A stretch of DNA of 64,000 nt from Octopus bimaculoides (GCF_001194135.2 NC_068986.1:97714609-97778608); one strand, 5' to 3'. Positions 12,037 to 23,749 are shown, counted from the stretch's first letter. Numbers and translations are program-made. Notes: a model not told the origin generated them from the letters alone.

Positions 12037-12091
12037 AACAACAAACAAGATGAGGACAAATATCTAGCAAATGTAAATAATGTAAATAACG

Positions 12092-12843
12092 TAATAGCAT
12101 CAAGTTCCAAATAGATAAGAGCAGTGAATCGTCCCTTTGTAGGATGCGTGGCAGCAGAAACTAAATCAATCTTACATATCGTGGCCCAAAAGCACTACGA
12201 AGGGAGACTTGATAACGCTGCTAAGTTTGTTCAGTGGAGACTATGTGAAAAGCACTGTCTGGACAGAGTAACCAAATACTACAAGCATGAACCAGACAGC
12301 ATCACTGAGAACAATGACAATAAGATCCTGTAGAATTTTAAGATCGATTGTGGCTCCCTAATCTATGCTATGAGACCGGAGATTGTTGTGGTAGATAGAA
12401 GAATAAAGGAAAACAAGACCAGAGATATTGCCAGACCAGGGGATGCACGGGTAGGTGATAAAGAGCTGGAAAAAATGGGAAAATAGCGACTACTAAAAGA
12501 CGAAATTACAAGAATGTGAGCAATGAGGAGAGTAACTGATATCACAGAAGTTGTAAGGGGAATGGGAGCACTATCAACAATGTTCTAGAAACACGATGAA
12601 GGAATTGGAATTGACATGAGGACAGAGCAGTTTCACAAAACTGTTCTACTAGGGACAGCTGAGATTTTCAGATTAATACTTGAGTGTGAGAATCTTCCAC
12701 GATAGTTAGCATCCAAGTACCAAAGCTTATACTTTGTGGAAAACAGACTCTGTGTGACCTTTGAAACAGGTTGCTTTCCGCACTCACAGAATCAACCACA
12801 GCAAGCAAGATTGAGAGCTCTAAGCAGTAAAATACTAGGTGAT

Positions 12844-12923
<80 letters not shown>

Positions 12924-12925
12924 TA
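12092..12925 (+). mobile_element. R4/Dong copy A, 3' segment (zinc knuckle, restriction-like endonuclease, 3' UTR, (ATC)n tract)
   Basis: Resumes NSIKFQIDKSSESSLCRMRG, then HIVAQKHY..WRLCEKH..HEPDSITENNDNKIL, RPEIVVVD, DIARPGD, FHKTVLLGTAEIFR; (ATC)n at 12845-12921. Confidence 0.85.
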
Positions 12926-14193
12926 TTATGATAATTATATACACATACATACAAACCTACGCGCATAAACACACATTGTCAATACAACATACAGTTATTA
13001 TTGTTCAGATATTGATTTTTTTTTTCTTAATAGATTCCTACAAATACAGCAACAAATGGTATTTACGTGTATAAAATATATATGTTATATATTATACATA
13101 CATATGCAGAAAACATATATGAGAGACAGGGAGAGAAAGAGAAAGGGAGCGAGAGAGATACCGCTCATGTGTCTCATTCTTCGTTTGTCAATCGTTTGTT
13201 GATTTCAACAGAAAAACTAACAAATATACATTTAAAATGGTCATAGATAGCGTTATTCTTTTCAAGTGAATAAGCACATCGGTTACTAAAAAGACGAACA
13301 AATATTATTTATCGATTTATAGGAAATTGTTTCTTTTTGCTATTGTCTGTCATTTGTTTTACGATTGTTTACTTACACGGATTTCATTATAGAAGCCGCG
13401 AATTCAATAACACCACATAGTTCTGTAGTATATCTTCAGTTGCAAGTGAGAGTTACTTGTCGGCCATAAGAGCTAACAAGATAATCACAATATAACGGTA
13501 CGATTTCCAAAACGCTTAGTAGAGCAATAGTCTTAGTGTGATTGTTGATGATGTTCTCGTTGATATCCAGCTTGTTAGTCTAGCCAACAAAATACGCATG
13601 ATATTCCATTCATTTAAAAAAATTAGGGTACCATCAAGAAGTTCGATGCTATTCCCAGCTGAACACATGAATAAGTAAATTCCACTCTCTCTGCTGCAAA
13701 GTATCTATGTATGTATATATGTATGTATTTATATGCATGCAAATGAGTATGTATTATTTTTGCATGTAGTTAGGTGTAGCACTCCGATCTTTCATTTCCC
13801 ATCCTTCTTTCTCATTCACTTCCCTCTTTCCTTTTTTCTGATGAATGCCAATCGTCCGAAACGTTAAGCATTTTTCCTTCTTTCAAGTATTATACTAGAA
13901 AACATGTGCGTGTGTGTATGTGCGTGTGTATGTGTGTATTCATATTAGTACCTAGAATATATTTAAAACACCAGATAGATATGTCGAGTCGTGTCAGTAT
14001 AATGTTTGTTTAAATAATATTAATTAGTTTTCTAGCAGCGTTTATATAAAGAATGTTTACTGAAAATTAGGTATCTCGAATATATCTTACAAATTAGATA
14101 TGTAAATAATTAATTTAATCTAGAAATTTATGTAGACTTCTAAATACAATATATATTGAATAGAAATCTGTTTTTACACCCAATTGTATGCAT

Positions 14194-14226
<33 letters not shown>

Positions 14227-14406
14227 NNNNNNNNNNNNNNNNNNNNNNNNNNNNNNNNNNNNNNNNNNNNNNNNNNNNNNNNNNNNNNNNNNNNNNNNNN
14301 NNNNNNNNNNNNNNNNNNNNNNNNNNNNNNNNNNNNNNNNNNNNNNNNNNNNNNNNNNNNNNNNNNNNNNNNNNNNNNNNNNTATATATACATATATGTT
14401 TATCCA

Positions 14407-14439
<33 letters not shown>

Positions 14440-14441
<2 letters not shown>

Positions 14442-14680
14442 GCACACATACTACACACAGAAACACAAACATACGCGCCACACAGATACTATCACACACA
14501 TACCACATACTACTACGAAACACAGATACACACGCATATGATACTATAACACATACAACATACTACTCAAACAAAGACAAGAACACACGCATACAAATTC
14601 TACAATACATACACATACTACTCACACATGCACAAACACACGCACACAGATACTACCACACGCACACACATACTGACCAC
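14440..14680. repeat. Degenerate CA-rich minisatellite-like tract
   Basis: Recurring catactac and acacagatac motifs in a CA background. Confidence 0.6.
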
Positions 14681-14899
14681 CTTCACATTCTCCTGTCATA
14701 AAATCCACTTTTTCTATCTCTTTCTACTTCCGGTCACTTCAGCAATGTATCTACATGTGCGCTATTGGCGAATTATTTTCATTCCCCTTCTCCTTTCGAA
14801 GAGCTATGCTCGAAATTTCACACTCTCTCCATTCACTGATCGTCAAGCTAATACTTTTCTTATGCCCGTCCCCATGTTGTTCGTTTTCGTTCGTTTATT

Positions 14900-14966
<67 letters not shown>

Positions 14967-15449
14967 ATATATCATACGAAGAATTTGACAAATTGCCATG
15001 TATTGAAGTGGTACTTTGGACGAAGTGCTCAGAAAAGAAGTATCTAAACCATACAACATTGGTTGCAAAATTTATATTGATTTTGTTATCATTTTTGAGA
15101 GAATTTATATTTTATGCGCTGTAGTACATTTTGGCTTTTGTATTTTGCTGTTGAAGTGTCATGCTTAAATCTCAAGAGTTTTCTGCAAACTACATTGTTG
15201 CTCGACAGTAGATTAATTTAATGTTTTCTTTACTCCGAATACTTTTCATTCGGTATTTATCCTATTTTGTATGTGCTATTTTTAATCAAAGAAACTGTAA
15301 AGAAATATAAATAAATTAATACATGTTCTTTTCTTTCTATCTCTCATCTACACCCAGAGGAAATTAAATCAACTGTAGTTAGTCACAAAGAAATGAATGT
15401 ATTTTTACGATAATTTTCCAAGACCCCCACCCAACACCTATTGTGAATT

Positions 15450-16260
15450 GCAGATTTGCTCGAGACACGATGCTTTCTTCCTAAAACTTTTTGCTTGAAT
15501 GTTTATTACTTTCTTAGAATATCCATTATGTTATTCTCGGCGCGATATCACCTGGTGCTTAAAGCAAAGTTTATTTATCCCTTTTTTAATGAAAACGAGA
15601 TGATGGTTGTTAATTTTCCTCCAGTAGATCATAACATCGTTGGTATTTATTTTGATATTTATCAACATTTACATTTTGAGAAATGAATCACGCAATTCTT
15701 ATTCTACTTCTTCTAAATACTAATGTAGTGGCTGTGTTGGAGTACAAAATGTTCATACCATGTATTTGCAATTATTTATTATTTAGTTTTCTTATATTGA
15801 CAGCAAGTATTTAGATAATTATTAATATTTTAGTTAAGAATTTTTATATTTTCTTCTCTTGACATGCCCTGAAAAGTTTCATTAATCGCTAAAATATTAA
15901 CTATAGTTAGAGATGTTGGAAAACTTAAACTGTTGTTAATTTTCCTCAGGTAGAAAATAACATTTCTATAATGATTGATATTTATATGAGTTTTTCTCAA
16001 CATCTACGTTCTGAATAACGATACTCATATGTTATATCTTCTAAATACATTTGGATAAAAAAAAGAAGAAAAAAAAGGATTTTAAGCAATCTCTTAGACA
16101 AAGAAGTTATCATGCGCTTTTCTATACTTGCTGTTTAGTTTTCATACCGACAAGAAGGATTTAGATCGTTATTGACTATTTAGTGTCCATAATTCATTAA
16201 CATGTCACGCGTTGAAAATTTTCATTAATCTCTGAAATATTATTTATACGGAGAGATGTT
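15450..16260. repeat. Diverged tandem repeat, ~330 bp period, 2-3 units
   Basis: gttgttaattttcctc at 15606 and 15932; gaaaa(g/t)tttcattaatc at 15871 and 16214; agagatgttg follows in both later units. Confidence 0.6.
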
Positions 16261-16841
16261 GTATGATGTGACCTGATATGTAAGTATTGTTAAAGTTTTA
16301 TATAAATATTGGTGAAAACACTGCACTATAAGTGGCACATATAAGTGTGTGGGTGTGGTTTGTGTGACGTAATCAAAATACTGACCATAATAGTACACAT
16401 TTACAATCACCATCATCACCAAGATCACCACCACCAGCTCCATTACCACAGGAATTAGATATGCAGTAAGAAGCAAAGAATATGAGATTGTATCAATTGT
16501 GATCCCAATGTCACAAGCACAGGATGCCAAAGGATTGATTTTAGAGTAAACAATTTGTGCAGAGAGTAATGCATTCATATTCGAGTGGCAGCAAACACAG
16601 AGATATTACGAAAGAGGAATTAAATAGGAGGAAGTGTTAAGCCTAGAAAACATCAAAGAAAGAAAAAGGAAAAAGGGAAACTAGGAAGTGAAGGAGAGGG
16701 ACGGGAAAGGCAAAGTAAATGGGACGACTATAAGGAAGAGAGTATTAGAAATATGGAAGTACTATGAAAGAGGCTAAATAACATCCAATGAAATCAAGTA
16801 GAATATCGAGTCAAATATTAAGCAAAATATAGCAGTATATT

Positions 16842-16991
16842 CTTTTCTACTCGAAATTTTCGGGGAGGGGCCAGTCGATTAGATCAACCCTAGTACGCAA
16901 CAAATACTTCATTTATCGACCTCGAAATGATGAAAGGCAAAGTTGAGCTCGGCGGAATTGGAACGCAGAACGTAAAGACAGACGAGATACC
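16842..16991 (-). mobile_element. SINE family 1, tail A, head missing
   Basis: Homologous to 1927-2127; ends at gacgagatacc where a tail-B copy begins. Confidence 0.85.
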
Positions 16992-17215
16992 TATTTCGTT
17001 ATTGCCCACAAGGGGCTAAACATAGAGGGAACAAACAAGAACAGACGAACGGATTAAGTCGATTTCAGTGCGTAACTGGTACTTAATTTATCGACCCCGA
17101 AAGGATGAAAGGCAAAGTCGACCTCGGCGGAATTTGAACTCAGAACGTAACGACAGACGAAATACCGTTAAGCATTTCGCCCGGCGTGCTATCGTTTCTG
17201 CCAGCTCGCCGCCTT
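16992..17215 (-). mobile_element. SINE family 1, tail B, full length
   Basis: Homologous to 2128-2360 over its whole length. Confidence 0.9.
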
Positions 17216-17247
17216 AATATACTAATATATTAACATGCATAATTATT

Positions 17248-17462
17248 CTTTTCTACTCTAGGCAAAAGAGACCGAAAGTTTTGAGGAGGGGTCCAATCGA
17301 TTGGATCCACCCCAATACGCAACTGATACTGAAATTATTGAGCCCGAAAGGGAGAAAGGTAAAGTCAACCTCGGTAGAATTTGAACTCAGAACGTAAAGT
17401 TAGACGAAATACCGCTAAGCATAACACCCGGCGGGCTAACGTTTCTGCCACCACGCCGCCTT
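17248..17462 (-). mobile_element. SINE family 1, tail A, full length with long TSD
   Basis: Flanked by an exact 22-bp repeat tatattaacatgcataattatt (17226-17247 and 17473-17494). Confidence 0.9.
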
Positions 17463-17969
17463 AACATAGCAGTATATTAACATGCATAATTATTGCAAAA
17501 TAAATAATGTAAAAGAGAAGAAAAATATCAGTGGGAATCATTAAGACACTTTCTAACAAGATACTAACCAGATAATTAATCTCATAGGAAATAGTTAATA
17601 CTATTATAAAAAGATTATAATTGATTGAAAGAGAATAAATTGTAAAAGATAAGAGAAGAACGATAATAATAATAATCAAAACTGAAATGCAGTCGGTAGA
17701 AATGCATGTGTAAATTTATGTCAGTTACCTATATTGAATCTTTAAAAGGATTTAATAAATTAGTGTGAAGAACTCATTATTTTTTTCCAATTATTTAAGA
17801 TTTACATCTTAGGAACTGAAGTGCAGCCATGCAAAATAGATTACTACTATACAGAAGTTCGTTGCGATTAATTGAAAAGGAAATAGAGTAAATAATATTT
17901 CTATCATCAAGCTCTAAATGAGTTTTACTAATTTTGTATTGGGTAGCTTGCACTTATAGGTTTCGAATT

Positions 17970-18150
17970 TTTGCACAAGGCCAGCAATTTCGGATGAGGG
18001 TGTAAGTCAATAACATCGCCCCCTAGTGATCAATTGGTGCTATTTTATCGGGTCTGAAAGAAAGAAAGGCAATGTCGGCCTCGGCGGAATTTGGACTAAG
18101 AGCTTTAAGATGGACGAAATGCTGCCAAGCCTTTTGACCGGCGTGCTAAA
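17970..18150 (-). mobile_element. SINE family 1, degraded
   Basis: gcacaaggccagcaatttc..gaaaggcaatgtcggcctcggcggaatttggact..ggcgtgctaa. Confidence 0.75.
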
Positions 18151-18199
18151 ACATTGTCCCATTGTACCACTTTAATTTGAACATTTTATTGAAAAACTG

Positions 18200-18372
18200 T
18201 TTGTCTTCGTGTTTGTGTTCTTGTGTCTGGGTTTGTCCCCCACCACCGCTTCACTACCGGTGTTGGTCTGTTTAATTCTCTGTGACACTGGGATCACAAT
18301 TAGAATTAAAAAGACAGTAACGAGGTCGATTTTTTCGAGTATAATTCTTTAAGGCCGTGCCCAAGCATTGAT
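18200..18372 (+). mobile_element. SINE family 2 (OK-like), 3' half, degraded
   Basis: tttgtcccccaccaccgct..ccggtgttggtctgttta matches the reverse complement of 60690-60770. Confidence 0.6.
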
Positions 18373-18446
18373 GCATTCTAATGATTGGAACAATTAGAAG
18401 ATAAGAGAAAATATATATACCCACATAATCATACACGCAAAAACAC

Positions 18447-18518
<72 letters not shown>

Positions 18519-19221
18519 GTCTATCTATACACACACGCACATATATAAATATGTATGNNNNNNNNNNNNNNNNNNNNNNNNNNNNNNNNNNNNNNNNNNN
18601 NNNNNNNNNNNNNNNNNNNNNNNNNNNNNNNNNNNNNNNNNNNNNNNTATATATATATATTTCGATACACGCACTCACATGCACATATTCGCTACAATTA
18701 TTTTTTTTTATAACTAGGTCAAAGAATGTAAAGTCTAATGAAATTATATAGACGTATATCAATAAGAATCGCAGAACGAGAAATATAGGTTTTTGAAACG
18801 TGTGTTAGTCTTTCGGCTGAAGTAACAAATAGGAAGAATCTTGAATTTAATGAGGATATGCAAGGAAATAGAATTAACTAAATATAAAAAGAATGATAAA
18901 ATCCCGGGTAATTACTGGCAACATATTCATATATTACAGTCTCTACAATGTAAAGAAAAATTGGACACGAAGTAACCCGGTGTAAAAAAAATAATAAAAG
19001 AACACCAATCTAATTATATTACTTTTTCATTTGCTGAGAACAATATTGAAAAGATAACAGAGAAAGAATATTATGAAAAAGCAAGCAAAGACAAAATCGA
19101 GGATAATATGAGGAAATAATTGTAATTAGCTCCATGTAATGATGAAAGAAATATTTATTTCCTTTGTATGAAAGTAATTATTTAGTTTAAGAATGTAATT
19201 AGAATTTAAATTAAGACACTC

Positions 19222-19325
19222 TTGTGGCTAAATAGTTCGTTTGATAACCACGTGTTTCCGGTTCTCAGATGCGTGGCATCTAAGTCAAGTGCCATGTAAA
19301 ATAGCCTAAGGTTGACGAATGCCTA
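19222..19325 (+). mobile_element. SINE family 2 head fragment, degraded
   Basis: tgtggctaaatagttcgtttgataaccacgtgtttccggttc..tgcgtggcatct resembles the head starting at 60892 and recalled OK-type heads. Confidence 0.4.
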
Positions 19326-19389
19326 TTTACTTTTTCCTGAGTAGAATAATGCCAACAACATGTGTAATGCGTGAAGAAAATCGTTATTG

Positions 19390-19446
<57 letters not shown>

Positions 19447-19803
19447 GTGTGGCACTTAATTGTGCTTAACCAAAAGATGTACTGGAATTGACAACTTTAA
19501 CTATATCCCTTTAAGGTATTGCATCAAAAATGGTCGTAATCCAGAAACTGAATACAAGATATTAGAAGAGCAACCAATAGATTACACACTTAATTATGGT
19601 ATCGTGCAGCATGCAAAATAATGCAAAAAGAAAATAGGTATTCAAAAGAAGCGTACATACAATAAATAAATAAATAAATAAATAAATAGAAACATAGTTA
19701 AGCATGTTTGATTGACAGAAGAGTTAATATAGAATTAGATTTTAGCAACATTACATAAAAGTCTAGGTTCAAATTCCACATACATACATGCATACATATA
19801 TAT

Positions 19804-19849
<46 letters not shown>

Positions 19850-19850
<1 letters not shown>

Positions 19851-20036
19851 TACTTTATTAAACAGCAACAAAATTATCACATAAAAAGCAAATGTGTCCG
19901 AAGAACGGGAGCGTGAAACTCTTGAGTAACAGTTTTTGTGATTTTTTTTGTGCTTTTTAATACAGCATATTACTCTACCGCTGGCATTCGAGTACTATTT
20001 TTCCACCTTGCTTTGCATTTATGTGCTTACTGTGGT
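19850..20036 (+). mobile_element. Short hammerhead-bearing element (PLE pseudo-LTR-like) between (TA)n tracts
   Basis: Hammerhead fold at 19895-19935 followed by a ~100-nt AT-rich tail; element boundaries approximate. Confidence 0.5.
19895..19935 (+). ncRNA. Type I hammerhead motif with U4C core substitution
   Basis: UGU-CCGAAGA-ACG(ggag)CGU-GAAA-CUC(uu)GAG-UA-ACA: three stems pair, GUA cleavage triplet. Confidence 0.55.
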
Positions 20037-20085
20037 ATATATATATATATAAATTTGTTTTTATTATATATTTAAAGCTTTAACC

Positions 20086-22060
20086 CATTGGTCTCCAAAC
20101 TTTTTCAAGCTTTTCATCCTGCGGAACCTCGCCCACTTTTTCGATTCTTCGCGGACCCTCCCCGCGAGCCAAAATGAAAAAAATTAGAGAAGACTAACAC
20201 AGAAAAATGAAGTTGTATAAAATAATTGTTCATGAGATCAAATTTTACTGATAGAATAAAAAATTTCAATGAGAGGGGTGAACTGTAAGATGTCCACCGT
20301 ATTAGGCCGCGTTTGTGATAATGTGGTCCTCATGTGATCCGTGACATCCAGTTTATTGCTAGCCTTTGTATTAATTGCGAGTAAAGTTGTAAAAGCAGTC
20401 TCACATTCGTACATTGTTGCGAATGGAACGGTGATTTTGAGGGCGGATTTTGCGACATCTGGACAAGACTTCATCATTTCAATCCAGAATTCACTGTAAC
20501 ACATGTTACGGAAGGCGTTCTTTGCACCTCCATCATTCGACAAGTCAATGAACCGTTCTTGAGTGACATAATCTTCCGACGGACGTTCAGCAGCAGAGAT
20601 TGCAAAGGGATTGGTGATAAAATGAACTTTTTCCCAGTTTTGTAGGTCGAAGAAATATATTTTAATTTCACCATGAAGAATTAAGACATGCTGTTTCATT
20701 ATGTCTAGGATTTCAGCATCACCTCGAAGGCCATCTTCATCAATGAAAGTATCGAGTTTCGGAAATGGTGCAAAATTCTCACTTTACAATTTAGAATGCC
20801 ATAAATGGAGCTTCATTTTAAATTCAGTCATTTCTTCATGACAGTGCACAACGGTGATGTCCTTTCCTCGTAGTGCTAAATTAACAGAATTAACTGATTC
20901 GAAAATGTTGACCAAAAAGGAGAGACATATAAGGAAACGAGTATTGGAGAATTTTTTATGCAGTTCTTTTTTAGCATTACGAAGAAATTCGTGTATCTCC
21001 TTTCGTAGAATGAAGACTTTTTCAGTACTCTCCCTTCGGATAACCATCTCACATGCAAATACATTAACAGAGTCTGAAACTCGAAGTCATACTCCAAGTC
21101 ATTTTCCGAGTCAGCAAAAGGACGTGATTTTAGAGAATTGGCTTTGATAAAATTTACCGATTTGACCGCATCATTCAAATCATTCTTCAAACGATGAGGT
21201 ATGGTTTTAACCATCAATGTTTAGCGATGAAGTGTACACCGCGTACTAATTGCGTTAGGAGACTTCTCCTTGCTGGAGCACCGTCGATGCACACGCCAGC
21301 GACGTGCTCCTTCTTTATGCTACGCGTATTAAATAATTGATCCACTTTCTGGAATATATCGTTTGCATTGGTTCGGGTGTTGAGGGTTTCACAAAAATGG
21401 AATTCATCTTCCAGGCGCTTGTTATGCATATAACATGCATAAACACAAAGTTGTGTTAAATCCGCCACGTCAGTGGTTTCATCAGTTTGGATGGTGATGT
21501 AGTTAAACATTAATGCTTTTATCTTTGAGATGATCTGAGACAAAATATTATCAGACAGCTCAACGATTCGTCGACTGATAAATATGTTCCGAGTGCGAGT
21601 GAGATTATATCTTTGCAGCAAGGAAGAACTAACTGCTCTCCTATGTCAGGAGGATTTTTGAAGCAGCAATTTTCCTCGAATCTTTGTAGGAGGGTTTCAG
21701 ACCAATCGCCACGTCCTTCATACACATTCTTGTGTCATCAAGTCTGGATTTGACGTATCTGTCAGCTTGGTGTCAGAAAAATCCTTCGTCGTTGTTGAAT
21801 GCACGAGAATGTTTTGTTTCCAAATTCCTCTTTAGCCTACTGGGCTTCAGCGAAGAAGCTGCTAATTCCTCAGAGCACAGAACACACTGTGGTTTTTCTA
21901 CTACACCAGCAGTAAGCACAGTGAAACCAAAGCTCAAATATAGCTCGTCAGATCACCTTTTCTTTGCAAAAGACACTCTAGAAATAAATATGACAATATG
22001 TATATGTTGTGCTGTATAAATGCACAAAATTTTGTACTATTTCACTCTGTTGAGAAAACT
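20086..22060 (-). mobile_element. hAT transposon, Buster/Charlie group (ZBED5/FAM200-like transposase), pseudogenised
   Basis: BED finger PQCVLCSEELAASSLKPSRLKRNLETKH; catalytic-region motifs IQTDETTD, VCIDGAPA, VRWLS, PFATMYECETAF across frameshifted ORFs; TIR-like cattggtctccaaact at 20086 preceded by the NNNTANNN octamer ctttaacc. Confidence 0.9.
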
Positions 22061-22115
22061 ATTTTACTCTTATCAGTATAAATATATATAAAATACATAA
22101 TATATATATAAAAAT

Positions 22116-22262
22116 TCCAGCGTAGAAGATGATTATAAGCCATTTAAGAAACACACAAAAACCGTTAGATTCACTTCAACATTTAAATTTAATTTGCCAA
22201 AATATTTTCGTCGCTTTGAGACCGCGACCTGTTCACTGACAAAATTCTGTGCTGCATCCGAG
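22116..22262 (-). mobile_element. Short hammerhead-bearing element (PLE pseudo-LTR-like)
   Basis: Hammerhead fold at 22243-22193 plus ~77-nt tail, between TA-rich microsatellites; boundaries approximate. Confidence 0.55.
22193..22243 (-). ncRNA. Minimal type I hammerhead motif with G3:C8 swap
   Basis: UUUGUCA-GUGAACA-G-GUCGC(ggucucaaa)GCGAC-GAAA-AUAU-UU-UGGCAAA: 7-bp stem I, 5-bp stem II, palindromic stem III AAUAUU. Confidence 0.65.
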
Positions 22263-23749
22263 AAAGTAACATTTAGTTCATGATATATATGTACGTACGT
22301 ACGTACGTATGTTTGTATGTATGTATGTATGTATGTATGTAAGTATGTACGTATGTACTTATGCATGTACGTGAGTATTTAGGTAAGTGTGTAGGCATAT
22401 CTGTGTGTGTGTACATGTTTATGTATATGTGAACGTATGTTTATGTACTGATATGTGCCTGTTCAAGTTGTAAACATGACATTTACTTTGTTGAAGGTTC
22501 TATACACACACACATATATATACATATNNNNNNNNNNNNNNNNNNNNNNNNNNNNNNNNNNNNNNNNNNNNNNNNNNNNNNNNNNNNNNNNNNNNNNNNN
22601 NNNNNNNNNNNNNNNNNNNNNNNNNNNNNNNNNNNNNNNNNNNNNNNNNNNNNNNNNNNNNNNNNNNNNNNNNNNNNNNNNNNNNNNNNNNNNNNNNNNN
22701 NNNNNNNNNNNNNNNNNNNNNNNNNNNNNNNNNNNNNNNNNNNNNNNNNNNNNNNNNNNNNNNNNNNNNNNNNNNNNNNNNNNNNNNNNNNNNNNNNNNN
22801 NNNNNNNNNNNNNNNNNNNNNNNNNNNNNNNNNNNNNNNNNNNNNNNNNNNNNNNNNNNNNNNNNNNNNNNNNNNNNNNNNNNNNNNNNNNNNNNNNNNN
22901 NNNNNNNNNNNNNNNNNNNNNNNNNNNNNNNNNNNNNNNNNNNNNNNNNNNNNNNNNNNNNNNNNNNNNNNNNNNNNNNNNNNNNNNNNNNNNNNNNNNN
23001 NNNNNNNNNNNNNNNNNNNNNNNNNNNNNNNNNNNNNNNNNNNNNNNNNNNNNNNNNNNNNNNNNNNNNNNNNNNNNNNNNNNNNNNNNNNNNNNNNNNN
23101 NNNNNNNNNNNNNNNNNNNNNNNNNNNNNNNNNNNNNNNNNNNNNNNNNNNNNNNNNNNNNNNNNNNNNNNNNNNNNNNNNNNNNNNNNNNNNNNNNNNN
23201 NNNNNNNNNNNNNNNNNNNNNNNNNNNNNNNNNNNNNNNNNNNNNNNNNNNNNNNNNNNNNNNNNNNNNNNNNNNNNNNNNNNNNNNNNNNNNNNNNNNN
23301 NNNNNNNNNNNNNNNNNNNNNNNNNNNNNNNNNNNNNNNNNNNNNNNNNNNNNNNNNNNNNNNNNNNNNNNNNNNNNNNNNNNNNNNNNNNNNNNNNNNN
23401 NNNNNNNNNNNNNNNNNNNNNNNNNNNNNNNNNNNNNNNNNNNNNNNNNNNNNNNNNTATATATCAGGATAAGATCAATATTTAAATATCGATTTTATCA
23501 AGTGGCCAGCATAAGAATAAAAACCATCGAAGATAACAATTATTTAAAATTATAATTTAAGGTATCTAAGAGATACCGTCATGCTGAAAATAGCAGCCAA
23601 ATCTTGACTCTAAACCACAATAAATGTTCATATAGTACCAGGAGAGAAGACGAAGAGATAAATTAAATAGGAAAAAATTACTGGATAATTTCAGGTCCCG
23701 GATTTCTGGTTTTGCATATGGTTTTCATCAATAAAATCAATTAAATATT

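Larger units (their letters stand above)
10386..12091. mobile_element. Inverted-repeat non-autonomous retroposon with tRNA-like head and hammerhead-containing arms; 12-bp TSD
   Basis: Arms ~10425-10535 and ~11977-12090 are reverse complements; tRNA-like head on the minus strand at 11978-11914; TSD taataacatcaa (10374-10385) / taatagcatcaa (12092-12103). Confidence 0.8.

Noticed and set aside
16842-17494. CRISPR-like repeat-spacer array
   Set aside because: The repeats are 150-230 bp SINE copies with TSDs; no 25-45 bp repeat-spacer periodicity and no cas genes.
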